NCBI GenBank assembly: GCA_965652295.1
Contig: CBFGTS010000004.1
Location: 32,001-96,000, forward strand
Direction of reading: 5' to 3'
Source: an uncultured Haloferula sp.
GTDB lineage: Bacteria; Verrucomicrobiota; Verrucomicrobiia; Verrucomicrobiales; Akkermansiaceae
Length of the DNA: 64,000 nucleotides
Positions 9,509-19,513 of this stretch are shown here, in pieces. Position 1 is the first letter of the stretch; the number at the start of each line of letters is the position of its first letter. The notes below the pieces were generated by a model. It was not told where the DNA came from and made no database searches. It was given only the letters and a program-made list of their open reading frames with translations. Position numbers and translations under genes: made by a program.

Positions 9509-10158
9509 CACAGCTCCTTGATCCGCAGGTTCCGCCAGCGCACGTGGCAGGACTTCCCGGAGTGGACCTGGAGCGCGAAAAAGCCCTCGGGCGTGAACTC
9601 AGCGGCTTCGTCGGTGTAATCGACGCGCAGCTCACCATTGAGCCAGATCTTGATCTGACGGTCCTTGCAGGCGATTCGGATCTCGTTCCAATCGCTCCAC
9701 TCGAACAGTTGCTTGCCCTGCTTGGTGAAAGCCTTCTCGGCTTCGGGATCACCCTTCACCGGGACCAGCCAGCCGCGGCGGGCCTCGTCGTAAAGCCCGG
9801 CGGTCCAAGCGCGCTTGCGGTCGTTGTCGTGCTCGCACTGGTAGCCGTAAACGCGACCGTCCGCGCCGTCCTTCTGCAAGCCGCGGAACATCATGCCGGA
9901 ATTCCCGGAGAGGTCGTCGAACTTCATTTCGAAGCGGAAATCAAAGTCGCGGTAGGTCTTTTCGGTGCGCAGGAAGGTGTTGTTGGAGACGTTCTCGCCG
10001 GTGCCGACGATTTCGCCTTCCTCGACCTTGAACTCACCGGTGCCGTTGACCTTTTTCCAGCCGGTCAGGTCGGAGCCGTTGAAAAGCGGGGTGAAACCTT
10101 CCTCGGCCGCGAGGGCCATGGAAGCGAGGACGAAGGGAAGAAGGAGGTTGCGGAGCAT
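9508..10158 (-). CDS. Secreted DUF1080 (3-keto-disaccharide hydrolase family) protein
   Basis: Signal peptide; [42 protein letters not shown]. Confidence 0.92.
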   Translation of the reverse strand: MLRNLLLPFVLASMALAAEEGFTPLFNGSDLTGWKKVNGTGEFKVEEGEIVGTGENVSNNTFLRTEKTYRDFDFRFEMKFDDLSGNSGMMFRGLQKDGADGRVYGYQCEHDNDRKRAWTAGLYDEARRGWLVPVKGDPEAEKAFTKQGKQLFEWSDWNEIRIACKDRQIKIWLNGELRVDYTDEAAEFTPEGFFALQVHSGKSCHVRWRNLRIKEL

Positions 10159-10283
10159 GGCGATCGACTGAGTCATCCGCTACGTCACCCCGCCTCGGCA
10201 AGCTTTCATTTGTATGACAGCTTGATTGGAGGGGTGAGGATTTTTGTCCCCTTTTCCCGATCGGCGGCGGATTCTTTGCAGTG

Positions 10284-12197
10284 ATGAGTGACTCCGATCA
10301 GGACCTGTTGCACCGGTATCTTCGCGAGAGGGATCAGTCGGCCTTCCGGATGCTGGTGGAACGCCATCTGGCCTTCGTCCACGGGGTGGCGCGTCGAGTG
10401 ACGGGAAATGCAGCAATGGCTGAGGATGTCGCGCAGCAGGTGTTCGTGCGGATGGCCCGGGGAGCCGGGGGTATTCCGAGGGATCTGGCGCTCGCCGCGT
10501 GGTTGCACCGGGTCACCCGGCATCTGGCGATCGACCTGGTTCGCTCGGAATCCCGCCGAAGAACGCGCGAAACACGATTCGAATCCTCCACCGCCATGAC
10601 TGCTCCTGACTCGTCTGACTGGAAAATGATCGCTCCCGTGATCGATGAGTTGGTGGATCGGTTGCCGGGAAAGGACCGGGATATCGTGTTGTTGCGGTAT
10701 TTTGAAGGGCGGACTCATCGCGAGATCGCGTGCCGGCTTGGGATCAGCGAAGAGGCAGCCAAGAAGCGGTCGATGAGGGCACTTGAGAAGCTGCGCGGAA
10801 TGCTCGGCCATCGCGGAATCGCATCAATGGGAACGGCGCTTGCGACCTTGCTTCCTGCTCATGCGTGCACGGTGGCTCCGTCTTCGCTCTTGAGCGGTGT
10901 GCTTGCTGCGGGGCAGGCCGCAGTCCCCGGATCCTCTTTGGTTTTCAACACTCAGCACCTCATGACCTCCACTCAAAAAGCAACCGTCGCCTCCGCTGCT
11001 CTCATCTTCCTTGGTTCGGCTGGGTATGCTCTGAGACCTGCAAGTTCAGTCGATGGCCCCAATGGGTTCACTGGAGGCGGCAGGGACCAAGTTGCCGTCC
11101 ACGAGCATCCGTCAAAAATGGCGGAGCGCGTGTTCGCGGAACTTTCGGCCGCCGATCGTATGGAGCGAATCCGCCGAATATTGGCAATCGATGACTCTTA
11201 CGAGCGACTGGCTGAGACGCTGGATTTCGTTTCCTGGATCAAACCCTCCCAGTTCGGGGAAACGTTGGATCAGGTGAGATCGTTCGAGGGAGTCCCAGCG
11301 GCGGAACTGGAGAAATATCTCCTCGCAAGCTGGGCGAAAGTCGAACCGCGGGGTGCGGCGGAGTGGGCCATGGAGCGGGACGCGTTTCCCGAAGATTTTT
11401 TCAAATGGTGGGCTGAGGTGGATGCCGACGAGGCCATGGATTGGATCATGCGGGAAATGCCCGAAGCACTCGGGGACGAGTGGTCGTTCCGCCGTCACTT
11501 GGTCAGTCTTTTGAGCATGGTGGCGTCCAAGGACCCATCGAAGGCGGTGGAGCTGATCGGGAGGGTTACGGAGATCGGGAAAAGGGAGCGACTGCTGGTA
11601 GCGATTGGAGCTCAGTTGAAGTCCGAGGGACCGGATGCGTATGAAGCCTTGGTGGCAACCGTGGAAGCGGGGCCTGAACGATCCGCTTTGATCGAAGATG
11701 GTGCCAGCTGGATGATTCAAAATGGACGTGCGCTAACGGCCCATGATTGGTTCGCGAACAATGAGATGCTGCGGAAGGAGCTGCGGGTGCGGGACACTTT
11801 TCGGAACGCCTGCATTTTTGCTCCTCGCGATGTTTTTGATCAACTCAAGCTGTTGCCGGATGGGCCGCTGAAAGACGAGGCAGTAGCGGGAGTGTGCTTG
11901 GCAAGCGTTCAACAGATTCCGCTCAACGAACTCTTCGATCTGTTGGAGCAACACCCGGCCGTGAACTCCGATGAAGTGATCGGTGGAATGATCGACGAAT
12001 TGCCTTACCCCGACCGATTCCGGGAATTGTGGCGCGTGAACGATCCCAAGTATCGCGAAGAGCTGCAGGAAGCCGCATTGATCAGCTGGGCGACGGGGCT
12101 TCCAGAGGTGGTGAAGGAATGGATGGAGGAACATCCGGTTTCCGACGTGGTGCGGGCAAGGGTGCTGGAGGCCATCGAACAAAAACGCGAGCCATGA
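10284..12197 (+). CDS. ECF-type sigma-70 factor with TM helix and large C-terminal extracytoplasmic domain
   Basis: DQSAFRMLVERH, AEDVAQQVF, WLHRVTRHLAID (sigma2) and LLRYFEGRTHREIA (sigma4), then a hydrophobic helix and ~380 aa of Trp-rich helical repeats. Confidence 0.88.
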   Translation: MSDSDQDLLHRYLRERDQSAFRMLVERHLAFVHGVARRVTGNAAMAEDVAQQVFVRMARGAGGIPRDLALAAWLHRVTRHLAIDLVRSESRRRTRETRFESSTAMTAPDSSDWKMIAPVIDELVDRLPGKDRDIVLLRYFEGRTHREIACRLGISEEAAKKRSMRALEKLRGMLGHRGIASMGTALATLLPAHACTVAPSSLLSGVLAAGQAAVPGSSLVFNTQHLMTSTQKATVASAALIFLGSAGYALRPASSVDGPNGFTGGGRDQVAVHEHPSKMAERVFAELSAADRMERIRRILAIDDSYERLAETLDFVSWIKPSQFGETLDQVRSFEGVPAAELEKYLLASWAKVEPRGAAEWAMERDAFPEDFFKWWAEVDADEAMDWIMREMPEALGDEWSFRRHLVSLLSMVASKDPSKAVELIGRVTEIGKRERLLVAIGAQLKSEGPDAYEALVATVEAGPERSALIEDGASWMIQNGRALTAHDWFANNEMLRKELRVRDTFRNACIFAPRDVFDQLKLLPDGPLKDEAVAGVCLASVQQIPLNELFDLLEQHPAVNSDEVIGGMIDELPYPDRFRELWRVNDPKYREELQEAALISWATGLPEVVKEWMEEHPVSDVVRARVLEAIEQKREP

Positions 12198-13411
12198 GAC
12201 CGGAAACACTTACAACGTGGGTGGTGGCGGCGCTTTTAGCCGCTTCCGCGGGATCGCTAGGCATTCGTCAGGCGATCGAGAGTCGGGCGCGGACGGAATC
12301 TGGTTCTGAGGAAGGGGGGCCGTCACGAACATCCTTCGCCCGTCCCGACTCCGGGCGGTTCGGCGACCGCCGGGAGGTTCTCCTTGAGACGGAGGATGTG
12401 GACGACAGGCTGAAATGGGCAGTTTCAAACCGCAATCCGGCGGACCGGATGCGCGCGCTGATCGAATTGACGCGGGAGTTTGATCCCGAGGATTGGCCGA
12501 TGGCTCTCGAGACTCTCGGTCGCCTGCTTCATGTGGGGGAGGGCGCAGAGTTTCACCTGGTGCTTGCGGGATGGATCCGGACCGACCGCGATGCGGCCTG
12601 GGAGTGGGCGCAGGCGAACGAACGTGGACAAAATGCAGTGATCCAAGACTGGGCACGCGAAGATCCGGCCGGTGCGGTGGCGGCGATTCTCGAAGCGGAG
12701 ATCGGAGACAAGACACGCCGAAGTCGCTTGTTTCAGAATGCGTTGACGGCCGTCTTCGGCAATGTGGATCGGTATTTCGAGGCGTATCATGCGATCCCGG
12801 AAGACCAACGGTGGGAGGTGTTGTCGCCGATCACCTTGCCGCGCGTGGAATTCACCGAGGCGGCGTGCCGTGAGTGGTTTGAGCGTTTCGGAGCCGAGGA
12901 CCGGGAGAGGTTTTTAAAGGCAACCGTCCGGCTTACGGATGACCTCGAAATGAAGAGGAGATGGATCGCGGCCTATCCGGGTGACCTTCCACCTCAGGTC
13001 CATGTCTCAGTCTATGAAAAATGGGTGGATGAGGATCCCGATCAAGCGCTGGCTTCCCTTGAGAACCTTGAGGACGCGGAAGCGAAGAAGTGGGCGAGCT
13101 ATGGTGCGGCGAGGTGGCTGATTGGAAAGGGTGACTTCGAACGAGGATACGAGGTGGCCAACCGCGGGGAGTTGGACGACTCGTTGAGATGGGATCTACT
13201 TCAGGGACCCGGGCCCGGAAGTCCCGAGGAATGGGGACTGCTCTTGGATCAAGGGCGCCGCTTTCACGACCAAGGGCGATGGCTCCGATTTTCCCAACAG
13301 ATGCTGTCTGAATGGAACCGCAAGGACGCCAAAGCGGCGGCCGAATGGATGGCTGGGCATGAAGTGCCCGATCTTGTCCGCCGCGAGATCGAGGCTCAGA
13401 ACCGCAAGTGA
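12194..13411 (+). CDS. Hypothetical membrane-anchored protein, paralogue of the sigma factor's C-terminal domain
   Basis: ATGA overlap with the sigma gene; N-terminal hydrophobic helix; WxxxDPxAA repeats. Confidence 0.8.
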   Translation: MRPETLTTWVVAALLAASAGSLGIRQAIESRARTESGSEEGGPSRTSFARPDSGRFGDRREVLLETEDVDDRLKWAVSNRNPADRMRALIELTREFDPEDWPMALETLGRLLHVGEGAEFHLVLAGWIRTDRDAAWEWAQANERGQNAVIQDWAREDPAGAVAAILEAEIGDKTRRSRLFQNALTAVFGNVDRYFEAYHAIPEDQRWEVLSPITLPRVEFTEAACREWFERFGAEDRERFLKATVRLTDDLEMKRRWIAAYPGDLPPQVHVSVYEKWVDEDPDQALASLENLEDAEAKKWASYGAARWLIGKGDFERGYEVANRGELDDSLRWDLLQGPGPGSPEEWGLLLDQGRRFHDQGRWLRFSQQMLSEWNRKDAKAAAEWMAGHEVPDLVRREIEAQNRK

Positions 13412-13423
13412 GTGGGCTTCGGG

Positions 13424-15058
13424 TCAGGATGCCGTCACCGCGCTGCGGTCATCGTTGAGGCCGGATTTCTCGAGGAAATAGTCGTAGCCGCCGGTGTAGC
13501 GGGTCATGACGCTGTGCGTGTCATCGTCGGCGCGGGTGATGTGCAGGGTCGTTTCCGCGAGGTGGCGGATGAAGTGCACGTCGTGGGAGATGAAGACGAG
13601 CGTGCCTTCGTAGTCCTTGAGCGCGTTGACCAGCGAGTCGATCGAGAGGATGTCGAGGTGGGTCGTGGGTTCGTCCATCAGCAGCAGGTTGGGCGGATCG
13701 ACGAGGAATTTGACGAGGTTGAGACGGGATTTTTCACCACCGCTCAGAATACCGCAGCGTTTCTCGACATCGGTCCGGCGGAAAAGGAAGGAACCGAGGA
13801 TGGCACGGGCGTCTTCCTCGCGCAGGGTCGGGCAGGAACCGAGAACTTCCTCAAGCACGGTGTTGTCCTCGTTGAGCGTCTCGGAGCGGTGCTGCGAGTA
13901 GTAGCCCATCTTGGTGAGGTAGCCGACCTCGCGCTTGCCTCCGGTGGGGTCGAGTTGGCCGCCGAGGAGCTTGAGCAGGGTGGATTTACCCGCGCCGTTG
14001 GGGCCGACGAGGACGATCTTGTCGCCGCGCTCGATGGTGAGGTCGAGGCCTTGGTAGATGACCTTTTCGTTGCCGTAGGCGAAATCGACTTTTTCCAGTT
14101 CGACGACCTTCTGGTTGGAGCGGGCCGGCTGGGGAAACTGGAACTTGAACGGCTTGCGGGGCGCGCGCGGTTTTTCGAGCTTGTCGATTTTTTCCACCAG
14201 CTTGATGCGCGACTGCACCTGCGCGGCCTTGGAGCCGACCTGGCGGAAGCGGTCGATGAATTCCTGGTGGCCGGCGATTTCCTTCTGCTGCGCGCGGTAG
14301 GCGTGGACCTTCTGGTCGTAGCGGGCTTCGCGCTGTTCGAGGTAGCTGGAGTAGTTCCCGGTGTAGGAAATAAGTTCCTGCATGTCGGGATCAATCTCGA
14401 CGACGGTCTCGACGATGGCGTCCATGAAATCGCGATCGTGCGAGATCATGAAGATGGCGCCGGGGTAGTTCGAGAGGTAGCGCTGGAACCAGAGGAGGGA
14501 AAGCAGGTCGAGGTGGTTGGTGGGCTCGTCGAGCATCAGCAGGTCGGGCTCCATGACGAGCAGGCGGGCGAGGTAGGCGCGCATGACCCAGCCGCCGGAG
14601 TATTCGCGGGCGGGCTTGTGGAAGTCGGCTTCCTTGTAGCCGAGACCGGCGAGGATCTTCTTGGCCTTGGGTTCGAGCTGGTAGCCGTTGTGCAGGTTGA
14701 ACTGGTCCTGGGCGTGGGCGTATTCGGTGGTGTCGATGGTGCCCGCCTTTTCGTGCTCCCGCATGGTGCGGAGGTAGTCGACCATTTCCGGATTCACCCC
14801 CATGGCGATCTCCAGCACGGTCTCATCGCCCGGGTCACCGGCTTCCTGATCGAGGCTGCCGGTGATGGCGTATTCGTCGCGATCGACGGTGCCGCTGTCG
14901 ATGTCCTCGATGCCGAGGATCATCTTGAAAAGCGTGGATTTCCCGGCGCCGTTCGGTCCGACGAGGGCGACGCGTTCGCCCCAGTTGATCGTCACGTCGG
15001 CATCACGGAAGAGAGTGCGGCCGCCGAGGGTTTTGGTGAGCTTGTGGATCGAGAGCAC
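13424..15058 (-). CDS. ABC-F family ATP-binding protein
   Basis: Two ABC domains (GPNGAGKST twice, YSGGW/LSGGEK, DEPTNHLD/DEPTTHLD) and no TM segments. Confidence 0.93.
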   Translation of the reverse strand: MLSIHKLTKTLGGRTLFRDADVTINWGERVALVGPNGAGKSTLFKMILGIEDIDSGTVDRDEYAITGSLDQEAGDPGDETVLEIAMGVNPEMVDYLRTMREHEKAGTIDTTEYAHAQDQFNLHNGYQLEPKAKKILAGLGYKEADFHKPAREYSGGWVMRAYLARLLVMEPDLLMLDEPTNHLDLLSLLWFQRYLSNYPGAIFMISHDRDFMDAIVETVVEIDPDMQELISYTGNYSSYLEQREARYDQKVHAYRAQQKEIAGHQEFIDRFRQVGSKAAQVQSRIKLVEKIDKLEKPRAPRKPFKFQFPQPARSNQKVVELEKVDFAYGNEKVIYQGLDLTIERGDKIVLVGPNGAGKSTLLKLLGGQLDPTGGKREVGYLTKMGYYSQHRSETLNEDNTVLEEVLGSCPTLREEDARAILGSFLFRRTDVEKRCGILSGGEKSRLNLVKFLVDPPNLLLMDEPTTHLDILSIDSLVNALKDYEGTLVFISHDVHFIRHLAETTLHITRADDDTHSVMTRYTGGYDYFLEKSGLNDDRSAVTAS

Positions 15059-15165
15059 GGGACCGGCGTAGGGTGGTTCGGGGGAAGATTCAACATTCAA
15101 CGAGGAATTTCCAATCGCCGGGAAGGCAACTTGAAGAAACGCGGCGGATCGTGGAGAAAGCGGGC

Positions 15166-16194
15166 GTGAATCGGCGAAACTGGTTGTGGCTGGCGGGCGG
15201 AGGCGTTCTCGGAGGGTGCATGCCCTTCGGAAAGGGCGGGGATCTGAGAAAATGGGACGGGGCGACGCTGGGGCGGGCGGATGAGGTGGCGCGATCCCGC
15301 GGCTGCCGCGGCTGGGGGGCGTGGCAGCACGGCACCCTGCGGAAATCCTGGCGAACGCACGAAAGTGGCCCGGTGATGAGCATCACCAAATCGCTCGCGA
15401 TGCTGGCCTGCGTGAAGGCAGCGGATGAGGGATGGCTTTCCGCCGGGGAGCAGGTGGCGGAGACGATTCCGGAGTGGCAGGGGATCGAGGGCAAGCAGGA
15501 CATCACGATCGGGATGCTGCTCCAGATGACCGCAGGCCTCGATGAGGGGGTGGCGGCGCTTTATCGTGCTCGTCCGAAGGACAAAGGGGCGGTGGCGATC
15601 GGCCTGCCGCTACGGGATCTGCCGGGATCGAGGTTCCGGTATGGTCCGGCGTGCTGGGAACTGATTGGCGAGGTGTTGCGGCGGAAGTGCGCCGCTCGGG
15701 GGACGACGACCCGGCGCTTCATTCACTCGGCGGTGATGCGTCCGATCGGGCTGACCGCGGGAACCTGGAAGTCGGACGGCTCGGATCATGACTACCTTTC
15801 GACCGGTGCCGAGCTGACGGTGACCGGGCTGGGCCGGCTTGGGAGAACCTTGGCAGAGCTGCTTTCGGGCAACGATGCGGCAGGCCTGAGTGCGGGGAAC
15901 TTCCGGGAAATGACGCGGACTTCGCGGGCGAATCCGATGTTCGGTGGTGGCTTGTGGCGGAACCGGGCGGCTTCGCTGGGGCGGGAGGTGGAGGTGGAGG
16001 ATGTGCTCGATCAACCGCGACCGCCGGCTTTCTGGGCGGGGGCCTGCCTGTCCTCCAAGCAACCCGCTTCCATGGTGGCTCTCATCGGGTCCTCCGGTCA
16101 GCGCGTTTTCGTGTGGCCGACCGCTGGCCGTGTGGTGGCGCGGCTGGGTTACTCGGCGAGCTGGAAGGACCGGCCGTTCCTGGCGGTGGTGTAG
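15166..16194 (+). CDS. Serine hydrolase (beta-lactamase class C/esterase family), putative Tat-exported lipoprotein
   Basis: NRRNWL twin-arginine motif plus VLGGC lipobox; SITK (SxxK), LLQMTAGL, PGSRFRY. Confidence 0.8.
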   Translation: MNRRNWLWLAGGGVLGGCMPFGKGGDLRKWDGATLGRADEVARSRGCRGWGAWQHGTLRKSWRTHESGPVMSITKSLAMLACVKAADEGWLSAGEQVAETIPEWQGIEGKQDITIGMLLQMTAGLDEGVAALYRARPKDKGAVAIGLPLRDLPGSRFRYGPACWELIGEVLRRKCAARGTTTRRFIHSAVMRPIGLTAGTWKSDGSDHDYLSTGAELTVTGLGRLGRTLAELLSGNDAAGLSAGNFREMTRTSRANPMFGGGLWRNRAASLGREVEVEDVLDQPRPPAFWAGACLSSKQPASMVALIGSSGQRVFVWPTAGRVVARLGYSASWKDRPFLAVV

Positions 16195-16330
16195 GAGCGC
16201 CGATTATGAAATCGGCACGAATCACCTGTCTGGAGCGGGTGTCGAGGCACGCCGAAGCGAGCCCGCCCAGCTTCTCTCAAATCGACGGCATGGAGGGACC
16301 ACTCAGTGCCGATTTCACAATCGGCGCTCC
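16191..16330. repeat. Inverted pair of REP-like palindromes, family D
   Basis: GGAGCGCCGATTATGAAATCGGCAC (16194-16218) matches the reverse complement of 16306-16330 at 24/25; each copy is itself a hairpin. Confidence 0.85.
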
Positions 16331-16332
16331 AT

Positions 16333-17967
16333 TCAAGAGCAGGTCGGGCACTGGTTGATCTGCGTGAAGAAATCGTTGCCTTTGTCATCGACGAGGATGA
16401 AGGCGGGGAAATTCTCCACGGTGATCTTCCAGACGGCTTCCATGCCGAGTTCGGGGAAAGCGACGACTTCCTGGCTTTTGATGTGGTTCTTGGCCAGCAG
16501 CGCGGCGGGTCCGCCGGCGGAGCCGAGGTAGAATCCGCCGTGCGCCTTGCAAGCGTCGGTGACCTGCTTGGAGCGATTGCCCTTGGCCAGCATCACCATC
16601 GAGCCGCCGTTCTCCTGAAAGAGACCCACGTAGCTGTCCATCCTCCCAGCCGTGGTCGGACCGAAGGAACCGGAGGGCATGCCTTCAGGTGTTTTCGCAG
16701 GACCGGCGTAGTAGACCGGGTAGTTCTTGATGTAGTCGGGCAGGTCGCCCTCCCGTTCGAGGATCTCCTTGAGCTTCGCGTGGGCGATGTCGCGGGCGAC
16801 GATGATGGTGCCGCTGAGCGAGAGCGGCGTGGTCACGGGGTATTTGGTGAGTGTCTTCAGCGTTTCCTCCATGCCCTTGTCGAGGTCGATCTCGACGCCC
16901 TTGAATTTCCAGTCGCGGTATTTCTCCGGGATGAAGCGCCCCGGGTTCTTTTCGAGTTTTTCGATGAAAATCCCGTCCTTGGTGATCTTGGCCTTGGCCT
17001 GGCGGTCGGCGGAGCACGAAACGCCGAGTCCGACGGGACACGAGGCACCGTGGCGGGGAAGGCGGACGACGCGGACGTCGAGGGCGAAATACTTGCCGCC
17101 GAACTGGGCTCCAATGCCCGAAGCGCGCGCCATTTCGAGTAGCTCCTTCTCCATCTCCAGGTCGCGGAAGGCGCGGCCGTGCTCGTTTCCCGAGGTCGGA
17201 AGCTCGTCGTAGTATTTGGTCGAGGCGAGCTTGACGGTCTTGAGGTTGTTCTCAGCGGAGGTGCCGCCGATGACGAAGGCGATGTGGTAGGGCGGGCAGG
17301 CGGCGGTGCCCAAGGACTTCATTTTCTCCATGCAGAACTCCTTGAGTCGCCGGGGGTTCAGCAGCGCCTTGGTTTCCTGATAAAGGTAGGTCTTGTTGGC
17401 CGAGCCACCACCTTTGGTGACGAAGAGGAATTTATAGGCCGCGCCCTCCGTGGCGTAGAGATCGATCTGCGCGGGCAGGTTGGTGCGGGTGTTGACCTCC
17501 TCGTACACGGTGAGGGGGGCGGTCTGGGAGTAGCGGAGGTTTTCGCGGGTATAGGTCTCGTGGATGCCCTTGGAGAGAAACTCGGCATCGTTGCAACCGG
17601 TCCACACCTGTTGGCCTTTTTTCCCGACAATGGTCGCGGTCCCGGTGTCTTGGCAGAAGGGGAGAATGCCGTGGGCGGCGATCTCCGCGTTCTTGAGCAT
17701 CATCAGGGCGACCATGCGGTCGTTCTCCGAAGCGTCCGGATCGTCGAGAATCGCGGCGACCTGCGCGAGATGCGCGGGGCGTAGGGTGAAATTGATCGCC
17801 TTGATCGCTTCGCGGGCCAGCAAGGTGAGGCCCTCGGGCTCGATCTTGAGAACGGGCCGGCCGTCAAACTCGGCGATTGAAACGTGTTCGCTGGAAACGA
17901 GTTCGTATTCGGTGGGGTCGTCGCCAAGGGGAAAGGGATCCTGATAGACGAAGGGCTTCTCTGACAT
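16333..17967 (-). CDS. fumA: Class I (Fe-S) fumarate hydratase
   Basis: [45 protein letters not shown]. Confidence 0.95.
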   Translation of the reverse strand: MSEKPFVYQDPFPLGDDPTEYELVSSEHVSIAEFDGRPVLKIEPEGLTLLAREAIKAINFTLRPAHLAQVAAILDDPDASENDRMVALMMLKNAEIAAHGILPFCQDTGTATIVGKKGQQVWTGCNDAEFLSKGIHETYTRENLRYSQTAPLTVYEEVNTRTNLPAQIDLYATEGAAYKFLFVTKGGGSANKTYLYQETKALLNPRRLKEFCMEKMKSLGTAACPPYHIAFVIGGTSAENNLKTVKLASTKYYDELPTSGNEHGRAFRDLEMEKELLEMARASGIGAQFGGKYFALDVRVVRLPRHGASCPVGLGVSCSADRQAKAKITKDGIFIEKLEKNPGRFIPEKYRDWKFKGVEIDLDKGMEETLKTLTKYPVTTPLSLSGTIIVARDIAHAKLKEILEREGDLPDYIKNYPVYYAGPAKTPEGMPSGSFGPTTAGRMDSYVGLFQENGGSMVMLAKGNRSKQVTDACKAHGGFYLGSAGGPAALLAKNHIKSQEVVAFPELGMEAVWKITVENFPAFILVDDKGNDFFTQINQCPTCS

Positions 17968-18053
17968 GCGGCCGAGCATAGATTTCCGCCGCGCGGCGTC
18001 CAGCGGATGAGAGGAAATGCCCGGTGGTTGTGGGAATGCGGGCAATGGTCGCG

Positions 18054-18091
18054 AAAAAGCGCCGCTCCCGTGGGGGATGCGGCGCTTTTTT
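18054..18091. terminator. Intrinsic terminator (symmetrical A/T tails)
   Basis: AAAAAGCGCCGC-loop-GCGGCGCTTTTTT just downstream of the PEP-CTERM gene. Confidence 0.85.
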
Positions 18092-18113
18092 CAGAATCGG
18101 ACCCAGAAGGGAA

Positions 18114-18857
18114 TCAACGGCGGCGGCGGGCCAGGAGGCCGAAGCCGAGAAGGCCGAGAAGCGCGGTGGAAGGCTCGGGGACGACCTCGACCCACAGGCG
18201 GCTCTGTTGAGAATCTCCGTCGGCGTAGTAGAAGGCCAGCCCTCCTTGATCGGTCCAGGCGTTCGTGCGGACCGAGGTGAGCCAAGTCTCCGCCAGGCCT
18301 ACCGCGCTGGTTGCGTCTCCGGCAAAGGAGGAGTCAACGGAGAGATCTCCCGAGCCCAGGGTCAAATTGCTGTCTTCGATGATTTCCCAAATGCCGATCT
18401 GCATGGCAGCGGCGGAAATGTCATTCGGTGAAGCGATGAAGGACGGAAGTGCGTTGGAGAGAAACGTGCTGAGGTTGGCCTGCTTGGTCGTGTCCAAGCT
18501 CCCGAAGCCCGAGGTCACCGAGTAGCTGGCCTCCGTATCCAAACCGACGAAAAGCTCGGTGCAGAAGTCGTAGACCGAGACGCTGGAACCATCACCACGG
18601 ATCACCGAGGTTTGATAGAGCCCGACGGGATCGATGGCGTAAGTCGTTCCGCCGCTCCGCATGAGTGGGTCATTGAAGGTGACCGCCCAATTTCCGTCGG
18701 GAGCGTCCACCACCCAGCTGTTGCTGAAATGATAAGAGTTGGAGGAAAACGGAGAGGTATTGTCGTAGCCGTAGCTCCCGTCGGCGATCGACTGGGCACC
18801 GGCGGGGATGACAATCGCCACGGCGATTGCAGCCAATGAAATGCGCTTGGACAACAT
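18114..18857 (-). CDS. PEP-CTERM sorting domain protein
   Basis: Signal peptide; Ser/Thr/Asp-rich body with AAAMQIGIWEI; C-terminus VPEPSTALLGLLGFGLLARRRR. Confidence 0.93.
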   Translation of the reverse strand: MLSKRISLAAIAVAIVIPAGAQSIADGSYGYDNTSPFSSNSYHFSNSWVVDAPDGNWAVTFNDPLMRSGGTTYAIDPVGLYQTSVIRGDGSSVSVYDFCTELFVGLDTEASYSVTSGFGSLDTTKQANLSTFLSNALPSFIASPNDISAAAMQIGIWEIIEDSNLTLGSGDLSVDSSFAGDATSAVGLAETWLTSVRTNAWTDQGGLAFYYADGDSQQSRLWVEVVPEPSTALLGLLGFGLLARRRR

Positions 18858-18985
18858 GGGTGGGTGGGGGTGAGGGGTGGATGCCGCGGGCCTGGGAGCG
18901 CCAACGACGACCGAGGCGATATCACGTGCGACGGTGCATGACAAGACAAGAGTTGGCCGGCTTTTCAGGGGCAGCGGCCTTTCGT

Positions 18986-19405
18986 TTACCGACGGCCTTC
19001 GTCGGCGTCGATGTAGTCCATGAACGAATGGATGTCGGTGCGGTCCTCGAACCCGGATTCCCGAATGCGGGAGGCGAGACGTTCGGCGAGGTCGTCGCGA
19101 AAGCCGCGATTCAGCATGTAGGAGCGCCACCAGGCGGATTCGTGATCGGGGCGGCTGACGCCATTCGCCCGTGCCCATTCGAGCGCTTCCTGATCGCTGG
19201 CACCGTTGCGGACGACCTCGGCAAGCGCTTCGTAATCCACGCCGAGGAACTGGCAGGTCCAGAGATCCATGCCGGAGCCGAGGTTGCCGTGGTAGTCGGA
19301 ATGGAGAGTGCCATTCTGGGCAAGGCGGACCTTGTCGCAGAGGCGGGGAAAATAGACGACGCCGTCGGTTTCGAGGCGCGGGCTGCAGGGAATCGAATCT
19401 GCCAT
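18986..19405 (-). CDS. DUF5069 domain protein
   Basis: SPR...GVVYFPRLCDKVR, GMD...FLGVDY, C-terminal DADEGR. Confidence 0.8.
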   Translation of the reverse strand: MADSIPCSPRLETDGVVYFPRLCDKVRLAQNGTLHSDYHGNLGSGMDLWTCQFLGVDYEALAEVVRNGASDQEALEWARANGVSRPDHESAWWRSYMLNRGFRDDLAERLASRIRESGFEDRTDIHSFMDYIDADEGRR

Positions 19406-19513
19406 GCCGGAAACTCGAACAGGGAGCGTGCCGGGAGCAATGCGGATTTTTTCCCGGTTTCCGGGCTCGTCCGCGGCTTTGCATTCACGGCGCGGTCCGG
19501 TAGGGTCGCAAGA

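Noticed and set aside
13424..16194. Antibiotic-resistance reading of the ABC-F and beta-lactamase-family genes (also the APH-family kinase at 37472-38599)
   Set aside because: Only superfamily motifs are visible; these families are mostly housekeeping, and no mobile context is present.
18827..19513. N-terminal extension of the DUF1460 ORF in the track (556 aa)
   Set aside because: Overlaps the DUF5069 gene on the other strand; the signal-peptide-like start at 19514 is more plausible.
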